A stretch of DNA of 43,683 nucleotides from a virus: the IMG/VR virus record IMGVR_UViG_3300043478_000025. One strand, given 5' to 3'. The notes beneath the pieces are model-generated. The model was not told the DNA's origin and searched no databases. It saw nothing but the letters and a program-made list of their open reading frames with translations. Below are positions 1 through 8,684 of the stretch, piece by piece. Numbering within the stretch: the first letter of the stretch is position 1; each line of letters begins with the position of its first letter. Position numbers and translations under genes: made by a program.

Positions 1-127
1 GGCGTGACGAGCCAGCCATCAGGCATAAAAGCTTCCTCTCTGGAACCCCCAAGCATAGCTGGATTGCGAAGTACACCAGCAGCATAGTTCTTGAGACAGA
101 GAGGAGAGTAGCCAAACGGATTCCTCC
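1..127. repeat. Exact 127-bp terminal direct repeat, copy 1 (circular-assembly overlap)
   Basis: Bases 1-127 (ggcgtgacgagccagcc...aaacggattcctcc) recur verbatim at 43557-43683. The repeat lies inside a minus-strand CDS that stays in frame across the junction. Confidence 0.95.
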
Positions 128-491
128 CTAAGTAGTCATGGAAGTAGTCGTTTACGAAGCCCCAATCGAATCCTACAGGCCACGCTACGAATAGTGGTTT
201 GCCCTCAACCATTTCATCTAGCCAGTCGGCAAACATTTGCATGGCATCTACAACCGGAAGTGGGCTATAACGATGCGCTTCCCATTGTTCCGGCCATTGC
301 TTCCACCACTCCATTGTGTTGTCATCCCACTTGTGGGCAGCAGCAGGCGGGAACTCTAGGTTAACAGTAAATACTTCAGCACGGTTGTAGTCTTCATCGA
401 GAGCTACAGCACCGATGGAACACATTTCAGACACCGAAGGTGACGGCCCTGTAGTTTCGATATCTACCGAGACTAACGAGTACTCACTCAC
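1..491 (-). CDS. DEDDh (DnaQ-like) 3'-5' exonuclease, N-terminal part; continues across the circular junction into 43556..43466
   Basis: Own translation from GTG at 491 gives VSEYSLVSVDIETTG (Exo I), PLFVAWPVGFDWGF (Exo II) and, after the junction, LLPHIAINDA (Exo III H-x4-D). 491+91 nt = 582 nt = 193 aa plus stop. Not in the ORF track because it is split by the window edge. Confidence 0.8.
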   Translation of the reverse strand, partial: MSEYSLVSVDIETTGPSPSVSEMCSIGAVALDEDYNRAEVFTVNLEFPPAAAHKWDDNTMEWWKQWPEQWEAHRYSPLPVVDAMQMFADWLDEMVEGKPLFVAWPVGFDWGFVNDYFHDYLGRNPFGYSPLCLKNYAAGVLRNPAMLGGSREEAFMPDGWLVT

Positions 492-1422
492 TTCTCATCC
501 TTTCTGGGTGCGACAACGCAAGGAACATCAGAGCGAGTATGAATAACGCTACGGCGAATAGAATAGCCAAGTCCGTAAAGAAGCCTGTCTCTGCGAGTGG
601 AGTACGTTTCGGAGTTGTCGGTGGATATTCGACGTAAGCTGTAAGTGTAGGAGTAGCCTGTGTTACGATGAACGGAGTGGTTGTTGGTGGACTGGTGGTT
701 GGTATGGTGGTTGCTGTTGTGGTTGACGGTGTTGTTGTTGTTGGAACTGTTAGTGGTGTAGTTACCGGTACCGTTGTCGTAGGTACTGTGCAGATTAGGT
801 ACTCACCGTTCTTAGCTGAGATGACTGTAGTACGATTATCGGCTGTCTGCTTACCTTGTTGAATGCGCAGAGCCTCAGTGAAATACGAACCAGACGGACC
901 AACATCTTGTAGCGGAACGCCTACAATCGCGTCAAGCTGGTAATTGCAGCCAAGACCGAATCGAGCTAGGTCTGGCATCGGGAACGTGATTTCTCCCGGC
1001 CCAGGCACTAAAAACTCCACTGAGTAACCGCCGTTTGGTCCTGTAAGCTGATCTACGTTCGGATCAAATCTTGGACCTTGTGCTACCTTGACGACGAACG
1101 AAACAGCAGATCCTACACATTCTGGTGCGACGTCTGTCCATGCCATTCTAACCAGATCGGCTTCGTTCAAATCTGGAAGAAGTGAGAGGTCGGACACAGG
1201 TCCGATGTCTACGTTCGTTACCGAATTATGGGTGCCGAACGTTGGATTAAGGACCCCAGTGTAATCACAACCGGGTGTAAGAAACGCTTGCGGCGTTCCT
1301 GGATAGTTAGCGTAGTCTGTGACTAGCGGCGGTCTTTGATTGTCGGGAACCTGGGCTCCTACACTTCCAGAGCCTATGATCCCACCGCCTAGGATCAGGC
1401 CGGCGATAAGAGCCTTCTTCAT
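484..1422 (-). CDS. Secreted, cell-wall-anchored surface protein with a Thr/Pro-rich stalk and an LAETG sortase sorting signal
   Basis: N-terminal signal peptide MKKALIAGLILGGGIIGSGSVGAQV and a ~190-aa globular part. T/P-rich linker (VPTTTVPVTTPLTVPTTTTPSTTTATTIPTTSPPTTTP). LAETG is encoded at 583-597, followed by a hydrophobic helix (FFTDLAILFAVALFILALMFLALS) and a charged tail (HPERMRSE). Confidence 0.8.
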   Translation of the reverse strand: MKKALIAGLILGGGIIGSGSVGAQVPDNQRPPLVTDYANYPGTPQAFLTPGCDYTGVLNPTFGTHNSVTNVDIGPVSDLSLLPDLNEADLVRMAWTDVAPECVGSAVSFVVKVAQGPRFDPNVDQLTGPNGGYSVEFLVPGPGEITFPMPDLARFGLGCNYQLDAIVGVPLQDVGPSGSYFTEALRIQQGKQTADNRTTVISAKNGEYLICTVPTTTVPVTTPLTVPTTTTPSTTTATTIPTTSPPTTTPFIVTQATPTLTAYVEYPPTTPKRTPLAETGFFTDLAILFAVALFILALMFLALSHPERMRSE

Positions 1423-2312
1423 TACTTGTCCGGAATGCTCTCTAGTACCGGCATCACTTCGTAAGTAGAAGTGATTGACCCACCGTCCGTCTCGAACGTG
1501 TATTTCTTAGCCTCCATTTGCTGCCTGGTCATCAACACTCCGTGAGCCTGTAGGACGCTTACTGTGTACGGTGTAGCAATGGGCCACGCCTTTGGTTCAG
1601 TAGGTGAAATAGCCCAGATAGTACCAGGGCCGTGTTTTCCACCGCCGCCTACTTGTACCACGTATCGCATCATATCGTCTTCTTCCTCATCTACTACAGG
1701 ACCAGGTCCTACACTTCCTCCGAGTTCTGCGATTGCAGACTCGACCATTAAATCCGTTCGTTCGACACTGCAATCCCAGTGGTCGTTGCCGACAGCGTCA
1801 ATATGTGCACAAATTCCATCGAATGCCGCCCACTCGGCGTCTGACATTCTGCCATGCCAGTATTCGGACGCACTTCCAGAACTGTCCGTGTGATACCTAA
1901 CGTTGGAAAGGTTAACGTCCAGCCCAATACTCCGCAAAGCTTGCACTTGTGGAGCGATAACGTTGCGACCGATCCAATCGCATTGTTGTCTGGAATAGGT
2001 CTCGACATTAACTACAGGGTTCCCAACTAGTTCGGTCTGGATACAGTACCACTTACGGTTCAGGTACGAGTTGGTGTAGGGTGGTTGATACAGAGCTTTG
2101 CCGGATCTGTTCAGATCAAGACTCTGCCACTTGTCTCCTGTGTAGACATTGGCCCACGCATGAGGCGGGTATTGGTGACTCTGGGCATAAGACATGCTTA
2201 GTCCAGAACTCACAGTCATGTGCAGGCAGATACTTGCAGGATATCCACCGACGTAATCTCCGCCGTTCGTATTGTTGTTCCCGATCCATTGATACCCCGG
2301 AATTGCCAGCAT
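1422..2312 (-). CDS. Putative endolysin (N-acetylmuramoyl-L-alanine amidase, Amidase_2/PGRP-like N-domain plus C-terminal domain)
   Basis: Candidate Zn ligands in T7-lysozyme-like order: SICLHMTV ... IQTELVG ... ICAHIDAVGNDHWDC. An acidic linker (VDEEEDDMM) precedes an ~80-aa C-terminal domain. Sits in a lysis-like cluster with small TM proteins. Confidence 0.5.
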   Translation of the reverse strand: MLAIPGYQWIGNNNTNGGDYVGGYPASICLHMTVSSGLSMSYAQSHQYPPHAWANVYTGDKWQSLDLNRSGKALYQPPYTNSYLNRKWYCIQTELVGNPVVNVETYSRQQCDWIGRNVIAPQVQALRSIGLDVNLSNVRYHTDSSGSASEYWHGRMSDAEWAAFDGICAHIDAVGNDHWDCSVERTDLMVESAIAELGGSVGPGPVVDEEEDDMMRYVVQVGGGGKHGPGTIWAISPTEPKAWPIATPYTVSVLQAHGVLMTRQQMEAKKYTFETDGGSITSTYEVMPVLESIPDK

Positions 2313-2518
2313 CAGTGATGGTCCACATCTTCGTTGTAGTAAGGTCTGGGTTCCACATCTTCCTCGAAGGGTTCGACTTCGTGAGCTTCCATTGTGGATC
2401 TATCCCACTCTACTTCTATCCACCACTCACCGACTTCGATGTTCCAGGTACGAACTACAGTACCAACCATGCCTGATTCTAGGTCACGAACTCGTTGTCC
2501 CTCTCGTGCTCTAATCAT
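2312..2518 (-). CDS. Hypothetical protein (68 aa, acidic C-terminus)
   Basis: ORF-track ORF with start/stop overlaps to both neighbours (ATGATTAG upstream, 1-nt overlap with the endolysin start). Confidence 0.6.
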   Translation of the reverse strand: MIRAREGQRVRDLESGMVGTVVRTWNIEVGEWWIEVEWDRSTMEAHEVEPFEEDVEPRPYYNEDVDHH

Positions 2519-2687
2519 TTCTCCACCAACGTTGCCAGGCGAAAGTCATACCGGGAGGGGCTACTGGACCGAATTTGGCAATGAATGACATGAACTTGTT
2601 ATTCACCCCTAGTTCATCGCCTTGGGCTGCACGATTGCCGATTGCTAGGACAGCGAACATTGCGACGAGCCCGAAGAAGTTAGTCAT
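2511..2687 (-). CDS. Small membrane protein (58 aa), holin candidate
   Basis: Own translation: MTNFFGLVAMFAVLAIGNRAAQGDELGVNNKFMSFIAKFGPVAPPGMTFAWQRWWRND. It has an N-terminal TM segment, its ATG overlaps the stop of the upstream gene and its TAG overlaps the next ATG. Below the 60-aa track cut-off. Confidence 0.5.
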   Translation of the reverse strand: MTNFFGLVAMFAVLAIGNRAAQGDELGVNNKFMSFIAKFGPVAPPGMTFAWQRWWRND

Positions 2688-3024
2688 CTTCGTCCATCAG
2701 GAGTCGAAAATTATGGAGCCTCTGCCTGGGTCGGTCTTCTCCGTGAAGATCATCCAGAAAGTGGCTTGGATTGTGGGGTCGGTAAATACCCACTCCGTAA
2801 ACCACAACAGGATGAACGCCGAGACTGTTGTTATCTGCGTCCCAGACTTCTTTGAGGTCTTGACGCCAGTCAATCTCAAAGTTTCCCTCTGCATCCGGAT
2901 ATAGTGACAGTGGGATTGGACGCCATTGGTGATTTCTCGGATTGAGGGTTGCACCGATGAAGTAGGCGATCTCACATTCATCGCACTTTCTCCACGTTGG
3001 CTCATACGTCTCGACCGTGGCCAT
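2680..3024 (-). CDS. Hypothetical protein (114 aa)
   Basis: ORF-track ORF in the co-directional tightly packed block. The alternative-frame ORF 2697..3005 is judged a shadow. Confidence 0.6.
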   Translation of the reverse strand: MATVETYEPTWRKCDECEIAYFIGATLNPRNHQWRPIPLSLYPDAEGNFEIDWRQDLKEVWDADNNSLGVHPVVVYGVGIYRPHNPSHFLDDLHGEDRPRQRLHNFRLLMDEDD

Positions 3025-3316
3025 TTGTCTCCTGGATAGGGATTTGGAGTGCTTCTGTATTATCCTCCCCAGGCGGGGGGATTGCCGGAATCCTCATGAA
3101 CTCCGGTACCTGGAGAGGCATTGCATTTTCAGTGGGTAGTACCTTATCTTGTTCTGTGTAGGGAATGCCTAGTGTTCTGAACGTCTCTAGGACACTCAGA
3201 TAAAGGTAACGGTGCATGAAGAACCGCTCATCATCCGAGAGTCTCCACGAGTGCATTCCAAGCCGAGCCATCATCTCGGCTACTTGGGCGTTTACGAAAC
3301 GGCTCCGGAGTTCCAC
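3002..3316 (-). CDS. Hypothetical protein (104 aa, GTG start)
   Basis: ORF-track ORF packed between the resolvase and the next gene. Confidence 0.6.
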   Translation of the reverse strand: MELRSRFVNAQVAEMMARLGMHSWRLSDDERFFMHRYLYLSVLETFRTLGIPYTEQDKVLPTENAMPLQVPEFMRIPAIPPPGEDNTEALQIPIQETNGHGRDV

Positions 3317-3324
3317 ATCCTACC

Positions 3325-3762
3325 TCACCATATGATTTTCGTTTCTGGATCTACGCCTTGATGAATTGCATAAACTGCGTGAACATAGGCGTCGGTCCAA
3401 TGAGTAGGAGTGCCCTTGTACTTAGCCATTTTATACCCAGCAGGTTTGATCATCGGTTGTTGCACCGTGAAATGCCAGCCCAGGTCATAGGCTTTTCCGT
3501 AGCAGACCCCAATTTGCTTAGTAACAGGTGTAGGAGTCCATTCGGCTGACTTACGAAGGATGAAGTCTTCACAGACCACGATTACGTTCTCAGGGGAGAA
3601 TCCTGTTAGATCGTAGGCTTTGGAGTCCCAACCTTTGACCCATGCCATGAAGTCCGGCCAGGGAACGTTGCCGAAGTCGTGTAGGATCATTTGCCTGTCT
3701 CGCCAGCTAACCCAGGCATAGCCTGTAGTCTTACCTGGGTCGATCCCGAGGTAGAGTGTCAT
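3325..3762 (-). CDS. ruvC: RuvC-like Holliday-junction resolvase
   Basis: N-terminal LGIDPGKTTGYA (catalytic Asp motif), VVCEDFILR (Glu), and C-terminal HWTDAYVHAVYA (His/Asp). Size of 145 aa is typical. Confidence 0.75.
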   Translation of the reverse strand: MTLYLGIDPGKTTGYAWVSWRDRQMILHDFGNVPWPDFMAWVKGWDSKAYDLTGFSPENVIVVCEDFILRKSAEWTPTPVTKQIGVCYGKAYDLGWHFTVQQPMIKPAGYKMAKYKGTPTHWTDAYVHAVYAIHQGVDPETKIIW

Positions 3763-4094
3763 CCAGATTCCTTGTTCTCAAGTAGTCGTTGTAGTTCTTG
3801 TTGCACTATCACAGGGAATTCTTCCCTTACTCGTTTTCGTTGGTCAGCGGTCAAGCCGCCGAATACTCCTACAGGGACATCTATGTTCTGCGATAAACAT
3901 CGCCATCGGACAGGACAGACTTCCCGACACACCGTTGTGGCGATGAAGATGTCCGCAGGTTTGTTACTGAACCAGATGTCAGTCGGTCTGCTTACACACG
4001 CACCCATTCTCTCCCAGGTAGGACGATTAAAGATGTTGGCGAACGCACTTAGATCGACTGATCTGTTTTCAGGCTGGATGCCAGGATCCGTCAT
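3759..4094 (-). CDS. whiB: WhiB-like Fe-S transcription factor
   Basis: Four Cys arranged C-x22-C-x3-C-x5-C (GACVS ... TVCREVCPVRWRC), followed by a GVFGGLT turn and a basic tail (DQRKRVRE). Confidence 0.8.
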   Translation of the reverse strand: MTDPGIQPENRSVDLSAFANIFNRPTWERMGACVSRPTDIWFSNKPADIFIATTVCREVCPVRWRCLSQNIDVPVGVFGGLTADQRKRVREEFPVIVQQELQRLLENKESG

Positions 4095-4416
4095 CAGATG
4101 CCACGATCAAGTTGCAGGTCGCTGTAGCACCGATGAAACTCCACGGAGTAGCCGCAGTTGGGTTTGCACCCTTCTTGACCGCAGGCTTTGCAACCCAGGT
4201 CGGAATACGAGGAAGCAACGGAATGGTATCATCACCTTGGACTGTTGCTGCTATTGCTGTGTTTAAGTAGGCGATGTTCGTTGCATCCGTGTTCATTATC
4301 CAGAAACCCTGACACCTTTCCAACCCCGGGTTTCCTAGCATGTCGATCGGATCGAAGTTACCTGCCGTTGTAGCTGCTGCTACGAGCTTACTAAGTCCTC
4401 TTGCTGTTGCTGCCAC
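4069..4416 (-). CDS. Hypothetical protein (115 aa)
   Basis: ORF-track ORF. Its start abuts the polymerase stop and it overlaps the WhiB-like start by 26 nt. Confidence 0.55.
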   Translation of the reverse strand: MAATARGLSKLVAAATTAGNFDPIDMLGNPGLERCQGFWIMNTDATNIAYLNTAIAATVQGDDTIPLLPRIPTWVAKPAVKKGANPTAATPWSFIGATATCNLIVASDDGSWHPA

Positions 4417-6182
4417 TAGCCCTCCTTGTTCAACTGTTTTGCCTCTACTGAGAACGGTATCCCGAAACGCTTGGTGGGCGGGGCTTCCATAATGTCGATG
4501 ATCTGTGCTGTAGTTTCCTCTAGCACATGCGGTGCGATGTAGAACCAGAGGCTATCATGTACTGAATTGCAGATCCGAGCTTGTATCTCACCACGCTTTA
4601 TCGCTTCACTCAGCATGATGGTGCTCTGCATGAGTATTTGCCCGCAACCGCCTTGAACTACACGGTTGAAAGCAATATGGTGCTTAGCTTGTACACCAGG
4701 AACTTCTGGTTGGATTCGTGCCCGGCGACGGTTCCACATTTCCACGTGTCCGTACCGCTTGTGGTAGTTGGCGTACGCTAAGTTAGCTCGACGAAATCCT
4801 GGGTACTGTCCGTGAAAAGCCTCCTTCCAAGACTCCGCTTGATCGAGTGTGCAACTGAATCCGAACATTCGATATAGCTGTGCCTTAAAAGTGTCAGCTC
4901 CAACTCCGTAAATCCACGCGAAGTTCCCAGTCTTACCAACTTGTCGAGCAGTATATCTATCATCGAGTTGATCGTAGGCTCCGATGACGGTTGCTGTTGC
5001 TGCATGTGGATCTAGTCCTTCTGCGAAGAGTTCGTACATGATAGGATCATGGCCTAGCCTCATAGCATAGAATGATCCGAGTCGTAGTTCTACAGCATTG
5101 TAATCAAACTCTACAAGCACTGATCCCGGAGGGTCCACGAAGAGACGTTTGACTCTCGCTCCGTCTCTAGGAATCTGTTGCAGGTTCGGCTCAGCGCAAG
5201 ACAGTCTGCCCGTAACCGTGCCGTGTTGTTTAAGACCTGGATGGATTCGATCGGTAGCAGTTCGACGTCGCTTGAATCCTTCGTACCATGTTGAGTCCGC
5301 TTTTGCCAGATTGCGCCAGCGTAGAATGTTGCGGAACAGATCCCCATGCTGAGGGAACTGATCAATAAGACGATTGAGCGCTTCCTTGTCTTGTCCACGT
5401 TGTCCTTTCTGAGTGTAGGATAGACACGGCAGTTTCATCTCTGTATAGAGTAGTTCGTCTAGTTGCTTGCGCTTGCTCGGCTCGAAGCCTACGATCTTCT
5501 CAATTTGTCGCATTTCTTCTTGACCTACAGCCTGCATAACGTCGAGAAGGTCCCAGTCTACTAACAAACCTTCTTGAACGATGTGCTGTAGTGCCCGAAT
5601 GTACCGAGCCGATGTCTTGTAAAGCTTGGCCAACCCTTGTTCTTCGAGCTTGCCTCTGTCTCTAAGGAAGAGTTTATACGTCAGCCGAATGTCCTGCTGA
5701 GCGTACTCACTCATGAACTGGAACGGAATCTCATTCCAGCCGTATATCTTCTCGATCTTGCCGATGTCGACGATGCTTTCGCCCCATCGAATTCCCTTGG
5801 TTTCCTTCAAATACCGGAGACTCAGGAAGTCCAGGCTGTAGTTGTACTCATTCTCGTTGAGAATGTGGTGCATAACAAGAACATCCCAGATGAACCCGTC
5901 ATGAACGTATCCGTTCTGCTCTAGAATCTCTAGATCGAACATCAACGAGAAGCCGATCATCTCCTTGCCCCGCAATAGCGGAATGACGTCGACGAATTCT
6001 TGTGGCGTGAAGTAGAACGTGTCTAAATCTAGGCCAGTCGGGATACCTACAGCTACACCCATGAGTTCTTTGCCGTCGAACGTATCTGTCTTGTACGTTT
6101 CAACGTCGAGAACAAAGATGCCGGTGCGCCGCAGTTGCTCTTTGAACTTGCTCGCTGGGTCTAACTCATAGGTCAATGTCAT
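4416..6182 (-). CDS. Family-A DNA polymerase with N-terminal 3'-5' exonuclease domain
   Basis: Exo motifs: VLDVETYKT, GFSLMFDLEIL, YAQQDIRLTYKL. Pol motif A is DYNAVELRL, motif B is RQVGKTGNFAWIYG, motif C is SVHDSLWF. Confidence 0.9.
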   Translation of the reverse strand: MTLTYELDPASKFKEQLRRTGIFVLDVETYKTDTFDGKELMGVAVGIPTGLDLDTFYFTPQEFVDVIPLLRGKEMIGFSLMFDLEILEQNGYVHDGFIWDVLVMHHILNENEYNYSLDFLSLRYLKETKGIRWGESIVDIGKIEKIYGWNEIPFQFMSEYAQQDIRLTYKLFLRDRGKLEEQGLAKLYKTSARYIRALQHIVQEGLLVDWDLLDVMQAVGQEEMRQIEKIVGFEPSKRKQLDELLYTEMKLPCLSYTQKGQRGQDKEALNRLIDQFPQHGDLFRNILRWRNLAKADSTWYEGFKRRRTATDRIHPGLKQHGTVTGRLSCAEPNLQQIPRDGARVKRLFVDPPGSVLVEFDYNAVELRLGSFYAMRLGHDPIMYELFAEGLDPHAATATVIGAYDQLDDRYTARQVGKTGNFAWIYGVGADTFKAQLYRMFGFSCTLDQAESWKEAFHGQYPGFRRANLAYANYHKRYGHVEMWNRRRARIQPEVPGVQAKHHIAFNRVVQGGCGQILMQSTIMLSEAIKRGEIQARICNSVHDSLWFYIAPHVLEETTAQIIDIMEAPPTKRFGIPFSVEAKQLNKEG

Positions 6183-7923
6183 CGCTGCCCTTTAGATCTT
6201 CCTCGTTTAGTTCGCCGGTCATTTGTAGTGCAGGCTTCGCAGCCTCTGGTTCTCTAGCAGAAGTCTTTTCAAACCAATGGTCTGTGTTCCTGTTCAGGAA
6301 CAGCGTGCTGGTTCCACTGAGGAACCTAGTCTTCACACCATCGAATTCTACACCGCTTTTGGAACGCTGCATGATAAACACGGTATTGGCACGATCACCG
6401 AAGACACGGCTGCCGTAAGCGTCGTCTATGGTGAACCTGTAGTTCTTGACTCCGGCAGGTACCTTCCTCGGGTGTGCAATTACGATGCACCATATTCCGA
6501 GTTGTTGTCGGAGTCTGTCAATCCAGTCGGCAATCTTTCTTGCACCAGTCTCATCCTGTAGGCTTGTCTTAGTCGAAGCCCCAAGAGTGTCCAAGATAAA
6601 GCCGGAGAAGCCACCGTCTCGAAGTCGTTTCTCGTATGCCTTCTGGTTTCGTTCATCGTCAAGAGCTACAGCCTGTCCGGTTGCACGAGTCTGGAAGTAT
6701 TCTTCTAGGTGCTCAAGCTCATCAGTCGTCATGTTGTTCGACATTGGTAAGAGGAACTCTGTAAGCTCAGCGCTGTTCATTTCATGGCTGGCTACGTAGA
6801 TTTTCTCTGCTCGCTCTCGCTGTTCAATCTCGAACCCTAACCACGACTTCTTGCTTAATGCGATCGTGATTCCGAGGTTGAACGCCAGGGTTGTCTTGCC
6901 GATCCCTGTAGGTCCAACGAGATACATCAAACCTTTGTTGCCGAGAACTCCTGGGATGATCCATTCGATTCGTGGACTCTTTGTGATCAGAGTCTTGAAA
7001 CCTACAGCCTCATTCCAATTGATGTCGTCGTCAGCAACTGGCGGTGGTTCGTCGGTAACGATTCTGATGGGCGGGGTCGTCTTCTCTTGAGCCCGGTGTA
7101 GGATAGTATCTAGTTGTTCGTTCCTGTCGGAACGGTTGTCGAATTTGCCCCATTTCTTGGCAGCTTCATCGACGATGTGTCGTGCTTCTTCTAGTGCGAA
7201 CTCTTCTTCGAGTAACCTACACGCTAGCTCGAACAGCTTGTCGGAACGGGTTCCTTCGGATGGCTTGGAGTTGTAGAGCTTCTTCGTGTACTCCGTTAAC
7301 TCTTCCCACCGTTGGATCGAAACCTCTTCCATGCCGAGTTTCGGCGTGAGAAGGTTCATCTGAGGAAGCCTGAACTCTGTCAGATCGAAGACTGTACCGT
7401 GGTTCTCTAGGAGAGAGACTGGTTTCGGTGGAGTGTGTTTGTGGTTGAAAGTACCGGGGATCCGGAGTAATTGTGTAGGATCATGTCCGGACTTATCTGC
7501 ACCAGGAACTGCGTTTCCAAAGAAACGGTTCGTCTCTAAAAGTGCCTCACGCCCAAGCCACGCCTCAGATCGTCGGTACTGGTGGACCCTACCGACGGAG
7601 CCCGAGGCGACCAGGAGGCCGGCAGGCGGGCAGCTAGGGCCGTCTCGTGGCACGTCCGTTGGCAGGTCGTCCACATCGGCCCAGCTAACCCAGCTACCTA
7701 GACAAAATTCCATCCGGCGTCTTTGGACGTGAAAGAGCGCAGGAGTGAAATAGACATCACCCTGCGCTCCTAGTTGTTGAACTTTGTTTTCCGAGACCCG
7801 AGAGATTCCATCGGGTACTTTGATGAACCATTCCTTTGCTGGCTTTCCACCTTTGAAGAGTGAAAGCGCAAAGTAACCCTCTTGGTCGCCACCGAAGACG
7901 TAGTCGAAGAACTCATTGAGCAT
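6166..7923 (-). CDS. Bifunctional primase-polymerase (AEP) fused to a RecA/DnaB-type helicase/ATPase
   Basis: N-terminal AEP motifs: WADVDD (DxD), GSVGRVHQY (sGxGxH), LLRIPGTFNHKH. C-terminal Walker A VGPTGIGKTTLA, Walker B FILDTLG, and IVIAHPRK. Confidence 0.8.
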   Translation of the reverse strand: MLNEFFDYVFGGDQEGYFALSLFKGGKPAKEWFIKVPDGISRVSENKVQQLGAQGDVYFTPALFHVQRRRMEFCLGSWVSWADVDDLPTDVPRDGPSCPPAGLLVASGSVGRVHQYRRSEAWLGREALLETNRFFGNAVPGADKSGHDPTQLLRIPGTFNHKHTPPKPVSLLENHGTVFDLTEFRLPQMNLLTPKLGMEEVSIQRWEELTEYTKKLYNSKPSEGTRSDKLFELACRLLEEEFALEEARHIVDEAAKKWGKFDNRSDRNEQLDTILHRAQEKTTPPIRIVTDEPPPVADDDINWNEAVGFKTLITKSPRIEWIIPGVLGNKGLMYLVGPTGIGKTTLAFNLGITIALSKKSWLGFEIEQRERAEKIYVASHEMNSAELTEFLLPMSNNMTTDELEHLEEYFQTRATGQAVALDDERNQKAYEKRLRDGGFSGFILDTLGASTKTSLQDETGARKIADWIDRLRQQLGIWCIVIAHPRKVPAGVKNYRFTIDDAYGSRVFGDRANTVFIMQRSKSGVEFDGVKTRFLSGTSTLFLNRNTDHWFEKTSAREPEAAKPALQMTGELNEEDLKGSDDIDL

Positions 7924-7947
7924 CCCTCCCTCGATTCTTTCTTTTCC

Positions 7948-8054
7948 CAGCCACGGGAACTCTGTCTCTCTACCCGAAAAGCCGTACCCTCAGGATTAGA
8001 GAGTACGGCTAGTCAGGATTCCCGTGGCTGTGGAATTACCCCGGAAGGGCGGGG
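7948..8054 (-). terminator. Nested hairpins/terminators between the SSB-like and primase genes
   Basis: CCCCG/CGGGG hairpin at 8039-8054, just after the 8058 stop. Perfect 12-bp arms cagccacgggaa (7948-7959) / ttcccgtggctg (8019-8030) enclose an 8-bp stem agccgtac (7980-7987) / gtacggct (8003-8010), which is followed by a short U run on the minus strand. Confidence 0.6.
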
Positions 8055-8057
8055 TTC

Positions 8058-8684
8058 TCAGTAGGGCTCTTCGTCCATTTCGTAATCCGAAACGGAACGC
8101 CAACCCATGATCTTGGTTCGGGGCTTTGACTCGCCGTCACGCTTGTCAACTTCCTCGACCGTTTGGAGTCGAACCGACACCGGCATGTCATCGAAGTAAC
8201 TCATCGCCACGTTGCGTCGCCCACGAACGTCTCGAACTTCTGGTCGGAACTCCTTGAAGTTCACATTCCGACCTTCCCAGTCTTCTCCAGTCGTCGCCGA
8301 AAGGAAACTACACAGTTCCCTGAGTCCGTTCGGAGTCCAGTTCGGCTTGAAACCGAGCCAGATGTACTTTCCGAAGAACGTCCCGTTGTAACTTGCCAGC
8401 GGACCGGAAGGCTGGTCGATCTGCACACTGATGTTCCAACCACGGCTGACTTTGCCGGTATTCGGACCATCGGTGTTTGTCTTCTCTTGGTGTAGGACAC
8501 CCTTCACCTGTGCGTTGTACCAACCATCGGGAGGGTACACCATCGACAAGTCGGCGTCTTCACCGAACATCTTGTCGAAGTCGAATTCAGGTGTGTCGTC
8601 TTCTGTCGAAGCGAAGACGAAACCGGAATCCAACGGCGCCTCTTCGTCATCGTCCGTGAACGGAGTGGTAGTCTGGTCCGTCAT
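8058..8684 (-). CDS. Putative ssDNA-binding protein (acidic aromatic C-terminal tail)
   Basis: Located between the recombination ATPase and the primase. The C-terminus DYEMDEEPY resembles SSB/gp2.5-type acidic tails ending in an aromatic residue. No OB-fold motif could be verified by eye. Confidence 0.35.
   Translation of the reverse strand: MTDQTTTPFTDDDEEAPLDSGFVFASTEDDTPEFDFDKMFGEDADLSMVYPPDGWYNAQVKGVLHQEKTNTDGPNTGKVSRGWNISVQIDQPSGPLASYNGTFFGKYIWLGFKPNWTPNGLRELCSFLSATTGEDWEGRNVNFKEFRPEVRDVRGRRNVAMSYFDDMPVSVRLQTVEEVDKRDGESKPRTKIMGWRSVSDYEMDEEPY

Noticed and set aside
1-127. Genuine direct terminal repeat of a T7-like genome
   Set aside because: The repeat lies entirely inside the exonuclease coding sequence, and joining the ends restores a single intact ORF. 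The exact length of 127 nt also matches a common assembler k-mer overlap.
668-862. Plus-strand Val/Gly-rich 64-aa ORF
   Set aside because: It is the antisense reading of the Thr/Pro-rich stalk of gene 484..1422 (ACN/CCN codons read as NGT/NGG), so it is a compositional artefact.
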